Shown one piece after another: positions 9,688-17,387 of a stretch of DNA of 32,000 bases (position 1 is the stretch's first letter; each line of letters begins with the position of its first letter). A program made the translations under genes and the position numbers. Location of the stretch: assembly GCA_964640155.1 (NCBI GenBank), contig CAZXEQ010000003.1, positions 12,089-44,088 of the forward strand. Reading direction: 5' to 3'. The notes beneath the pieces were generated by a model, which saw nothing but the letters and a program-made list of their open reading frames with translations, was not told the DNA's origin and did no database searches. Source of the stretch: an uncultured bacterium. GTDB lineage: Bacteria; Auribacterota; JACPWU01.

Positions 9688-9708
9688 CTCCCCTTAATCA
9701 CAGGGGAG
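9688..9708 (-). terminator. Stem-loop 9 nt downstream of the 490-aa OMP gene stop (7-bp GC-rich stem CTCCCCT/AGGGGAG, 7-nt loop); possible partial terminator or processing site ahead of the giant gene
   Basis: 9688-9694 ctcccct pairs with 9702-9708 aggggag. No U-run follows on the transcribed (minus) strand, so it is not a canonical intrinsic terminator. Confidence 0.3.
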
Positions 9709-9716
9709 AAAAGAAA

Positions 9717-11189
9717 CTAAAATCTGTTGATGTCAATCTTCACACCGACTCTGAAATCCCAATCGGGTTGATCACCATCAGGTTCATCTTTAAAATGATC
9801 AATCATATGATCGTATTCTGCAAAAATTTTAAAATTATATAGCCATTCATTTTTTTCAAAACGAGTTGTGTGAAAGGGCATATAGCGAGCTCCAAAACCT
9901 GCAAAAGCTCTATTTTGAAAGAAAAATTCTCTTTGAGTAGATGTAAGCTCAACCTTAGCATAAGGCATTAACGGTGGGATATTGCCTATCCACGGAAATT
10001 TAACACCAAGCCAAGCAACATCTGTCCAAGTGAAACTTTCATAATCTTCACTGTTAAAGTCGGTTTTCTTCCATACATTCTCCATGAAAAGTTCACCCCA
10101 GAGATAATCAGAAAAACCTTCTCTTTCTTTATCAAAGGGTTTATCCCAACCCCATGCTTTATAAAGGCCCATTCCTGCTCGCCAATCATAAGTAGGAGCA
10201 GCAGAGTCAGTGTCTCGTAAATGAGAAAGATCCATATATTGTCCGAATAAGCGAAAATTACGAAGCCAATCTAGCCAAGGTGTTTGTTTTAAAAATCCAA
10301 CACTTTCAAGAAGGTAATATTCTAATCCTGCTGCACCTACAAACTTATTTTCAAACGGGGTGTCATTGGAGCTGAGTGAAACGGTGCCTTCAATAAAAGG
10401 ATTAAGGGTAGGCCATCCTTCTTTGAAGTGAAGTCCCTTCATAATAATTCTAAGTGAATGGAAACCAACAATATCATTAAAATAATCTGGATTTGAGATG
10501 GTATTGGGTGAATCAAAGTTAGTTCTTCTCCAACTAAACTCGCCGAAAGTTTGATAATCGAATCGATCAGTCTCGTTTTTAAGCTCTGTGCCTGGAATAG
10601 CAACTCGTTGAATCTTTTCATCTAAATGTAAAGGATAAGCTGATTTAGGTTTGAGTGAAGAAGGTGCAGTTTCGTTAGTAGATGAAGATACATTTTCTGG
10701 GACGACAGGGGTTTCTGATATTGCTTCAGTCTTTTCTTCAGAATGAAGCTTGATGCCTTCAGCCGAAGCTTTTTCTGCTACCTGCTTTGCTTGATCTAAA
10801 GTTGTATAAGATTGATGTCCCACCCAGAAAAGGGAAGTCAATGAACCATCAACTGAAGGAAGTTCAAGTTCACGAATGCTCCCTCCTTGATGGATCTTAA
10901 GATGTTCATCAATGAATTTTTGAGCAGAATCAAGATCTCGTGTTCCTATGAGGGGTTGGGATTCAACAACAGTCCCTTCAAAAGTTGAAACAACAGAGTA
11001 TTGAGAGTTTTCTTGAGCGTTTTCAAAGAGGAGAAAGTCTTGATAAGAAGTTAAGCCTAATTTTTCTTGTAACCAAGAAGGAATCTGGAAAGAATCCTGC
11101 GCTTTTGAGGATGAGGTGATTGCTAAAAAAAATCCCATCATCAAAAACAGACGAACAATATGATGAGCCGCCCCCTTCGTGTTTCTCAT
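9717..11189 (-). CDS. Outer-membrane beta-barrel protein of unknown family, with a ~170-aa soluble N-terminal region
   Basis: 490-aa ORF with signal peptide LFLMMGFFLAITSSSKAQD. The C-terminal ~290 aa has aromatic-rich alternating strands and the classic OMP terminus ...FRVGVKIDINRF (terminal Phe). It lies directly upstream of the giant surface protein on the same strand. Confidence 0.7.
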   Translation of the reverse strand: MRNTKGAAHHIVRLFLMMGFFLAITSSSKAQDSFQIPSWLQEKLGLTSYQDFLLFENAQENSQYSVVSTFEGTVVESQPLIGTRDLDSAQKFIDEHLKIHQGGSIRELELPSVDGSLTSLFWVGHQSYTTLDQAKQVAEKASAEGIKLHSEEKTEAISETPVVPENVSSSTNETAPSSLKPKSAYPLHLDEKIQRVAIPGTELKNETDRFDYQTFGEFSWRRTNFDSPNTISNPDYFNDIVGFHSLRIIMKGLHFKEGWPTLNPFIEGTVSLSSNDTPFENKFVGAAGLEYYLLESVGFLKQTPWLDWLRNFRLFGQYMDLSHLRDTDSAAPTYDWRAGMGLYKAWGWDKPFDKEREGFSDYLWGELFMENVWKKTDFNSEDYESFTWTDVAWLGVKFPWIGNIPPLMPYAKVELTSTQREFFFQNRAFAGFGARYMPFHTTRFEKNEWLYNFKIFAEYDHMIDHFKDEPDGDQPDWDFRVGVKIDINRF

Positions 11190-11306
11190 CGTATCCTTAC
11201 TGAAAAGGTGAGAACTAAAAACAATAGGGACATACTAATAAAGCGTACGTTTTTGTGCAAGGAAAATTTTAGAAAGATTAAGATTTCTAAATTTGCTGAT
11301 AAAAAA

Positions 11307-11741
11307 TTATTGAATCAGTTCTTGAACATTATCATCAAATTCAATATTCACCAAAGTCCAATCCACGTTTTTATAGAAAAGAAATGTCCATCGCAAAGGA
11401 TAATTTGTGTGTTTGGAAAGAAAGATAACTTTGCACAAGGTATCGGCTGTTGTAGAAGAGGAGACATAGACGCTTCCTTGTACTGAGCCATAAAGAGAAA
11501 TTGCATTGGTGGTTTGGCCAATCAAATTTTCGACTTGGGCAGGATTTTTACCAATGGCGCCTCCTTCAATGATTTTTTGAATAGCAGGTTGAACTTGGCC
11601 ATTTTGAAGTTGAGTAAAGAAGGCGTGAATTTTTTCTTGAACAGTAGAAGGAAGAGTTTCTGCGTTTGTGGTCTTTGAAAAGCTTAAGAAACTTGTTAAT
11701 GCCAATAAACTTAAAACGATAGAAGTTTTACGTGTTTTCAT
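11307..11741 (-). CDS. Small secreted protein (144 aa), unknown function
   Basis: The ORF-track ORF 11307..11798 is trimmed to the internal Met at 11741..11739, which is preceded by AAGGAG and starts a clean signal peptide MKTRKTSIVLSLLALTSFLSFSKTTNA/ET. The 19 codons upstream look non-coding. Confidence 0.65.
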   Translation of the reverse strand: MKTRKTSIVLSLLALTSFLSFSKTTNAETLPSTVQEKIHAFFTQLQNGQVQPAIQKIIEGGAIGKNPAQVENLIGQTTNAISLYGSVQGSVYVSSSTTADTLCKVIFLSKHTNYPLRWTFLFYKNVDWTLVNIEFDDNVQELIQ

Positions 11742-11838
11742 AATATGTCTCCTTAATATGATGTGAGTTGTAATCCCATAACGGGTATTATCGCACAAAC
11801 CTGACCTTTTTGAATAGACTCTTATGATCCCGTTATAT

Positions 11839-11961
11839 AAAGTGTGTCCTCTAGATAAGAGACGGGGCCTGCCACTCGTCAGGCCCCATCGTGCTCATGA
11901 AAAATTGCGCGCGGCGGGGCTCCTCGTCGAGTGTCCCCCGTATTTATGAAGGACACACTTT
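11839..11961. repeat. 123-nt imperfect palindrome with a GC-rich core, in the divergent intergenic region between the 144-aa gene and the HlyD/ABC operon; structured RNA, MITE-like element or composite operator
   Basis: The outer arms AAAGTGTGTCCT (11839-11850) and AGGACACACTTT (11950-11961) are perfect 12-bp reverse complements. Inner hairpins are GGGGCCTG (11864-11871) / CAGGCCCC (11880-11887) and CGGGGCTC..GAG..CCCCG (11915-11940). Arm interiors are related (cactcgtcaggcccc versus the reverse complement cactcgacgaggagcccc). Local GC is far above the flanking sequence. Confidence 0.6.
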
Positions 11962-12030
11962 TTTGCATACGATCATTCTTATTGTCTTTTGTATTATCCG
12001 TTTACTCTATACAGTCAATGTCATAAAATC

Positions 12031-12735
12031 ATGCTCATGAGAAATAAAATTTTTATCGTTTTTATATTTTTATCTATTTCAGGTCTGACTTTTGCCATGA
12101 GTTTAGGAAAATGGAGAGACGACCGATTAAAATTTTCAGGGACATTGGAGTTAACTGAATATAGTTTGGGCTCTCGAGTGTCTGGAAGGATAAGTCAAAT
12201 AAATATAGAAGAAGGAGATGAAATTAAGAAGGGAGATCTTGTTGCAACTTTAGATCGTTATGATCAAGCTAAGCGGGATTATGAACGCACATTAGGTCTT
12301 TTTAAAAATAACGCCGTTTCACAGCAGGCGCTTGAACAAGCCGAATTGTCTTTAGAGGATCAGTGTATTGTGGCGCCTGTCGATGGTGTGGTTCTTGTGA
12401 AGGTTCATGAATCAGGGGAAGTCGTTGCGTCGGGTTCTCCTGTTATTGTGATGGGTGATCATCAAAATTTATGGGTTCGTATTTATGTCCCAGAATCACT
12501 TCTTTATCAAATTAAACTTCATCAAGAAGCTGATGTTAAAGTAGACGGTCTGGATAAAACTTTTCCAGGTCATGTTACTTTTATTGCAACGAAAGCCGAA
12601 TTTACTCCTCGCAATGTACAAACTCCTGAAGAACGTGCCTCACAAACTTTTGCTGTTAAAGTGATGTTGGATCATCCCGATTCTTCTTTGAGACCGGGAG
12701 TTGGTGCAGATGTTGTTTTTCATGTAGATAGATAA
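12031..12735 (+). CDS. HlyD-family periplasmic adaptor (short, ABC-2-associated type)
   Basis: The track ORF begins at a TTG (11989). ATG at 12031 or 12037 begins the membrane anchor MLMRNKIFIVFIFLSISGLTFA. Lipoyl-like motifs are GDEIKKGDLVATLD and IVAPVDGVVLVKVHESGEVV. The stop lies 3 nt before the ABC ATPase start. Confidence 0.8.
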   Translation: MLMRNKIFIVFIFLSISGLTFAMSLGKWRDDRLKFSGTLELTEYSLGSRVSGRISQINIEEGDEIKKGDLVATLDRYDQAKRDYERTLGLFKNNAVSQQALEQAELSLEDQCIVAPVDGVVLVKVHESGEVVASGSPVIVMGDHQNLWVRIYVPESLLYQIKLHQEADVKVDGLDKTFPGHVTFIATKAEFTPRNVQTPEERASQTFAVKVMLDHPDSSLRPGVGADVVFHVDR

Positions 12736-12738
12736 AAT

Positions 12739-13671
12739 ATGAATCCTATCGCCATTGATGTTCAAAATCTAACACGCCGATTTGGAGATTTTGTCGCGGT
12801 TCATCAGGTGACATTTCAAATTCGTTATGGAGAGATTTTTGGGTTTCTGGGGCCCAACGGTGCAGGGAAAAGTACGACGGTTCGTATGCTTTGCGGCATT
12901 CTTGAACCCACCGAAGGAACAGCCAAAGTTGCTGGATTTGACGTAAACACAGATTCAGAACGAGTGAAAGAATCCATCGGTTATGTTTCTCAACGCTTTA
13001 GTCTTTATACGGATTTAACTGTGGAAGAGAATCTGGCTTTTTATGGTCGAATTTATAATTTATCGAAAAATATTTTAAACAAAAGAATTCAAGAAGTCTT
13101 GCAATTGACTCATTTGGAAGATTTTCGAAAACGAAAGGCAGGAGAACTTTCTGGAGGATGGAAGCAGCGTTTGGCGATTGCGAATGCCTTTCTTCATCAA
13201 CCTAAAATTTTATTCTTAGACGAACCTACCGCAGGCCTAGATCCAGTTTCGCGCAGAGACTTGTGGGAGATGCTTTATCAATTGGCCGATCAAGGTGTGG
13301 CTCTTTTTGTGACCACGCATTATATGGAAGAGGCGGAGCGTTGTCACAACATAGCTTTCATTAGCCAAGGTTCTCTTTTGCGTTTGGGAGAGCCTACGAC
13401 TTTGAGAAATTCTATTCCAGGCAAGGCCTTTGAAATAGAATGCCAACCCCTCATGAAAGCTTCTCGACTTTTTCATTCAGTCCTCGGCGTGACGAGCGTA
13501 ACGGCCTATGGAACACATCTTCATGTGATTGTTCAAGAAGAGAAAGTGGTGCAAGATTTAAGGAAGATCGCAGAAGAAGGGCAGATCAAAATTTTTTCGA
13601 TGAAGTCTATTTCTGCTTCTTTGGAAGATGTATTTGCGACATTGACAGAGGCGGCTTATGAAAAGAATTAG
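12739..13671 (+). CDS. ABC transporter ATP-binding protein (ABC-2 type)
   Basis: Walker A GPNGAGKST, Q-loop SQRF, signature LSGGWKQRL, Walker B ILFLDEPTAGLD, H-loop TTHYM. Confidence 0.95.
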   Translation: MNPIAIDVQNLTRRFGDFVAVHQVTFQIRYGEIFGFLGPNGAGKSTTVRMLCGILEPTEGTAKVAGFDVNTDSERVKESIGYVSQRFSLYTDLTVEENLAFYGRIYNLSKNILNKRIQEVLQLTHLEDFRKRKAGELSGGWKQRLAIANAFLHQPKILFLDEPTAGLDPVSRRDLWEMLYQLADQGVALFVTTHYMEEAERCHNIAFISQGSLLRLGEPTTLRNSIPGKAFEIECQPLMKASRLFHSVLGVTSVTAYGTHLHVIVQEEKVVQDLRKIAEEGQIKIFSMKSISASLEDVFATLTEAAYEKN

Positions 13672-14761
13672 TGCTGTTGCAAGAAAAGAATTTTTGCATG
13701 TTTTGAGGGATAAGCGCACGTTGATGCTGATTATTTTTATGCCTCTTTTTCAATTGATTCTCTATGGTTATGGCATTAACAACGATGTCAAACATTTGGC
13801 GACAGGTGTCATTGATGAAGATCAAACATCTCTCAGTCGTCGGTTGATCAGTGCTTTTGAACAATCAGAATATTTTGATGTTAAGAGAAAAACTTTTTCT
13901 TCAAAAGATTTACGTCATGATTTGGATAAAGGAGTGGTGAGGGTAGGGCTTCATATTCCACCTGACTTTACTAAAGATTTATATGCTGGGCGAAGTGTGC
14001 CTCTTCAATTGATTATTGATGGAACAGATTCAAATCCTGCCAATACGGCTCTCAATACCAGTCGAGCGATTATTCAAGCTTTTATGCAGAAAGAAGAATT
14101 GATTCCTATTGATGTCTTGCCCATCGATTTCAGACCTCGACTTTGGTATAACCCCGATTTAAAAAGTTCTTTTTTTATGGTTCCAGGGCTTGTAGGTCTT
14201 TTACTTCAAGTGTTGATTCCAATGATTACAGCAAGTGCTATTGTTCGTGAGAAAGAACGGGGGAATATTGAACAGTTGCTTGTGACTCCTATTAAATCTC
14301 ATGAACTGATGATTGGAAAATTGGTTCCCTATATTTGTATTGGTTTGTTGATATCTTTTTCTATTATCTTTGCATCAAGATTCATTTTCTCTATTCCAAT
14401 ATTAGGGAGTCCTTTAACCTTGTTAGGGCTCACATTCCTTTTTCTGGTTGTCTGTTTGGGCTATGGTCTTTTTGCTTCTACGATTGCCGACAATCAGCAA
14501 CAAGCATCTCAGATTGTGATGTTTGTTGTTCCGCCTTCCATTCTTTTGTCAGGCTATATTTTCCCAAGAGAAGGGATGCCGTGGCCTATTTATGGAGTTA
14601 GCTTTCTTATTCCCCTGACGTATTATGTCAAAATTGTGAGAGGAATTCTTTTGAAGGGATTAGACCTTCGTGATTTGTGGGATCAAGTGCTGCCACTTTT
14701 AGCGATGGCAATTGCAGTTGTAAGTATTAGTATTTTAAAATTTAGAAAACGTATTGCCTAA
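13658..14761 (+). CDS. ABC-2 family transporter permease
   Basis: 367 aa with an N-terminal TM, a large periplasmic loop and 5 C-terminal TMs. It overlaps the ATPase gene by 14 nt. The typical ABC-2 motif REKERGNIEQLLVTP is present. Confidence 0.9.
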   Translation: MKRISAVARKEFLHVLRDKRTLMLIIFMPLFQLILYGYGINNDVKHLATGVIDEDQTSLSRRLISAFEQSEYFDVKRKTFSSKDLRHDLDKGVVRVGLHIPPDFTKDLYAGRSVPLQLIIDGTDSNPANTALNTSRAIIQAFMQKEELIPIDVLPIDFRPRLWYNPDLKSSFFMVPGLVGLLLQVLIPMITASAIVREKERGNIEQLLVTPIKSHELMIGKLVPYICIGLLISFSIIFASRFIFSIPILGSPLTLLGLTFLFLVVCLGYGLFASTIADNQQQASQIVMFVVPPSILLSGYIFPREGMPWPIYGVSFLIPLTYYVKIVRGILLKGLDLRDLWDQVLPLLAMAIAVVSISILKFRKRIA

Positions 14762-14779
14762 GACAAGAGAGAATAAAAT

Positions 14780-15997
14780 TTATAAAGAAATTGTTTCTCC
14801 TTCATTTTCAAGACTGAGCATAAGCAAAATATAATCTCTTAAATGTCGTGTGATGAGAAAATTTTGACGAACATGTTCTTTTCCGTTTTTACCAAGTTTT
14901 TCTGCAAAACTAGGATTTTGTAAAATTTGTTTGGTGTAATAAGCTGTTCCTTCAATGGTATGGGAAAGTAAGCCCGTATATCCATGTGATATTTGTAAGG
15001 TAATACCTCCTACAGCGGAAGCCACAACAGGCTTTGATTTCCATAGAGCTTCTGCAACAGTCAGTCCAAAGCCTTCTCTTAAAGATTTCTGAAGAACCAC
15101 TTGAGAAGCCCGTTGTAATGCATTAATTTCAATGTCGGAAGAGGGAGGTAGAAATAAAACATGAATATCGGGATCATTTTTTGCTTCTTCTTCAACCATT
15201 TCTAAGATTTTTGCTCCTTCAGGATCATCTGTAGCTCCTCCTCCCGCAAGAATCAATTGGCAATCAATGGCTTTTTTCACCAATCGATAAACTTTGATGA
15301 CTCCGAGAGGATCTTTTTGATAATCGAAGCGTGAGATTTGACTCATAATAGGTTTATTAGTTTCGATTTTTAATTTTTTGAGTACATCACTGATAATTTC
15401 AGGAGATAAATCTTTATTTTTATCACTGAGAGGATCGATAGAAGGACTGATGAGTACTTGCCGTATAGGAAGGGGTTTTGAAAAGGAGGGTGCAGAGAAA
15501 ATAACAGCATCATAATGTTTAATGTATCCTTCCAAATAAGTCCAAAGGAGGGGATCTGAAGAAGCAGAATCAATATGGCATCGCCATACCCATTTTTTGC
15601 CAATGCGAGATTTTTTTTCAATAAGTCCAATGGGTTGGGGATCATGAATAAAAAAATGGTCACTTGAAAGATCCATCTCAAGTAAATTTTGGCGGTTTAC
15701 TTCTTCAAAATGATCGAGTTCGTCTCGACTTAACTCATCTTTTCTTCCATGAAGCATGTTGTGAATTTTCTTTGTAACGGAAAAGAATTTTTCGCCTCCT
15801 TTAATTACATCCCATTTAGCATTAATGCCCACTTCGCCGAAGAGGGGAATCATGCGATTTAATATTTCAGCAACTCCACCTCCGACAGCTGTAGAATTAA
15901 CATGTTGCATGTTGCGACCTTTTAAGCGACTGGCCAAAAAGCGGATTTCATCCACAGTGGATTTTCCAATAAAAGGAATATATTGATCTAGAATCAT
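14780..15997 (-). CDS. treT: TreT-like trehalose synthase / GT4 glycosyltransferase
   Basis: The N-terminus HVNSTAVGGGVAEILNRMIPLFGEVGINAKWDVIKGGEKFFSVTKKIHNMLHG follows the TreT family pattern as I recall it (VNSTAYGGGVAEIL...W.VI.G...FF.VTK.FHN.LQG). The C-terminal GT-B motif is EGFGLTVAEALWKSKPVV. Confidence 0.75.
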   Translation of the reverse strand: MILDQYIPFIGKSTVDEIRFLASRLKGRNMQHVNSTAVGGGVAEILNRMIPLFGEVGINAKWDVIKGGEKFFSVTKKIHNMLHGRKDELSRDELDHFEEVNRQNLLEMDLSSDHFFIHDPQPIGLIEKKSRIGKKWVWRCHIDSASSDPLLWTYLEGYIKHYDAVIFSAPSFSKPLPIRQVLISPSIDPLSDKNKDLSPEIISDVLKKLKIETNKPIMSQISRFDYQKDPLGVIKVYRLVKKAIDCQLILAGGGATDDPEGAKILEMVEEEAKNDPDIHVLFLPPSSDIEINALQRASQVVLQKSLREGFGLTVAEALWKSKPVVASAVGGITLQISHGYTGLLSHTIEGTAYYTKQILQNPSFAEKLGKNGKEHVRQNFLITRHLRDYILLMLSLENEGETISL

Positions 15998-16662
15998 AAC
16001 TGCATCCTTCCTTTAATAAGCGAGCAAATATAACTACGTAATTCTTCTAAGGTGTAGGTGTAAGGATCTAAACGAGAAATTTTTGAAGCAAGCTCCTTTT
16101 CTTCCAGAGAGGTCCGCAGCCATGAAGAAAAGTCATTGTCATTTTTTCCTAGTCTTAATTTAGAGTCAAACATATGAAAATAAATGGAATGGACAGTAAC
16201 TTCTTTTAAGATTTGATAAAACTCTTCTAAATTATGGGCCTCATAGGGGAGAGAAAGAATAATATGAATAGACTTCAGAAAATAGAGTTCTTGACCACTC
16301 GATGCAAATCTTGTGAGCACTTCTGGATTTGAATTTACATGCTCCTCAAGGGTGTGAATGAGTTCTTTTCTTAATTCTTCAATATGGGCAAATTGAAGAA
16401 TATCAATTGAAAAAAGTTTTTCGCCTAAGACACGATCTGCTAAGACATTTCGAGCCCAATACCCAAAATCATTTGAAGGTTCTGGAGAAAGATATTGATG
16501 TTGTTGAAGAAAATGGTGGGTATGATAGTAAACAGAAGATTCTGGAACTTCTTTTAAGTTGGTAATTAATTCAGGTATATTTTTAGCTTTTCGGCCTAAA
16601 CTTTCAGTTAGGTAAAGACATGTCGAAAATTTAAAAGGAGTAGAGGCAGCGCTTTTACTCAT
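15994..16662 (-). CDS. Conserved partner protein of TreT-like glycosyltransferases (DUF5752-like), function unknown
   Basis: 222-aa ORF with AAGGAGA upstream. Its stop overlaps the glycosyltransferase start in an ATGA (15994-15997). The motif VYYHTHHFLQQHQYLSPEPSNDFGYW resembles what I recall of DUF5752; this assignment is from memory only. Confidence 0.55.
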   Translation of the reverse strand: MSKSAASTPFKFSTCLYLTESLGRKAKNIPELITNLKEVPESSVYYHTHHFLQQHQYLSPEPSNDFGYWARNVLADRVLGEKLFSIDILQFAHIEELRKELIHTLEEHVNSNPEVLTRFASSGQELYFLKSIHIILSLPYEAHNLEEFYQILKEVTVHSIYFHMFDSKLRLGKNDNDFSSWLRTSLEEKELASKISRLDPYTYTLEELRSYICSLIKGRMQL

Positions 16663-16792
16663 GCAAAAATCTCCTTTTTTGTCTCAAAAGAAGCTAGCTG
16701 TAATATTTCTTGTCTTTTTAGTTATCTTTGAGAAAAGTATATAAAGAACACAATTAAAGCGAGGTTAAAATTAGATTAGAAAAAACTAATTT

Positions 16793-16921
16793 TCAGTGAA
16801 GTAAACCCACAACCCCTATTAAAATGAGATAAAGGGCAATAATATAATTAAGAAGGGTGGGCATGATTAAAATTAAAATGCCCGCAATAATAGAAAATAT
16901 AGGCTCGATTGCTAATTGCAT
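16793..16921 (-). CDS. DUF3096-like small membrane protein (42 aa), not in the ORF track
   Basis: Hand translation gives MQLAIEPIFSIIAGILILIMPTLLNYIIALYLILIGVVGLLH*. ATG at 16921..16919 has AAGGAGGA immediately upstream. It forms two TM helices and starts 17 nt downstream of the lipoprotein gene stop. Confidence 0.65.
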   Translation of the reverse strand: MQLAIEPIFSIIAGILILIMPTLLNYIIALYLILIGVVGLLH

Positions 16922-16938
16922 GATTTCCTCCTTATGGT

Positions 16939-17373
16939 TTAATTGACCATTTCAGTTGATGTATCAATCATGGCTTTCTCTTTGATTTTTTGAAGTATGG
17001 TTTGTGATGTTGGTTGATCTCCAAACGTGCCTACCCGAATGCCTATTTCTGTGAATGATTCAGATTCTTTTTTGAGATTGATGAGTATTCTTCTATTTTT
17101 ACTGTCTCGGAGTATCAAACCAGCTGAAAATGAATTCTTTTGCTCTTTAATGACAAGAAATCCCAATTCTTCAGTAGTTGCTAATGTTGCACTCCAAGCT
17201 AAATCAAAGGGAATGGCGTGAGTTGATTTTAATTCACCTCTTACAAATGCGACTGTACCTCCTAAACCTGCGGCTGCTCCTCCTATAAGAACAACAGCAC
17301 AACCTTGATTTAAAAATAATAAAGCGCTGATACAAAGACTTAATAGTGTTTGATGTAGAGACTTCATAATCAT
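16939..17373 (-). CDS. Probable lipoprotein, DUF3568-like
   Basis: Signal/lipobox-like LLFLNQGC followed by the Gly/Ala-rich AVVLIGGAAAGLGGTVAFVRGEL. It starts 14 nt downstream of the histidine-kinase gene stop. Confidence 0.55.
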   Translation of the reverse strand: MIMKSLHQTLLSLCISALLFLNQGCAVVLIGGAAAGLGGTVAFVRGELKSTHAIPFDLAWSATLATTEELGFLVIKEQKNSFSAGLILRDSKNRRILINLKKESESFTEIGIRVGTFGDQPTSQTILQKIKEKAMIDTSTEMVN

Positions 17374-17387
17374 CCTTTCTTAAAAAA

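Noticed and set aside
11268-11291. TTTAGAAA/TTTCTAAA 8-bp dyad downstream of the 144-aa gene as an intrinsic terminator
   Set aside because: The stem is AT-only and of very low stability. It could be chance in AT-rich DNA.
11742-11798. N-terminal extensions of track ORFs (11307..11798, 11989.., 22368..)
   Set aside because: Internal ATGs with Shine-Dalgarno sequences start clean signal peptides or membrane anchors. The extensions begin at TTG or weak starts and read like non-coding sequence.
11864-11887. CTGACGAG on the minus strand of the GC-rich element, which resembles the hammerhead ribozyme CUGAUGAG core
   Set aside because: The sequence is simply part of the GGGGCCTG/CAGGCCCC hairpin. 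No GAAA box or three-stem junction follows.
11839-11961. The long hairpin as SRP (4.5S) RNA or a known riboswitch
   Set aside because: The apex lacks the GGAA/GNRA loop and the conserved domain IV internal loops of SRP RNA. I could not fit the fluoride, guanidine-I/II/III, ZTP or Mn riboswitch consensus. It is left as unclassified.
11897-12040. 47-aa ORF (MKNCARRGSSSSVPRIYEGHTFLH...) running through the GC-rich element
   Set aside because: There is no RBS. Its composition is dictated by the palindrome. It overlaps the likely HlyD start region.
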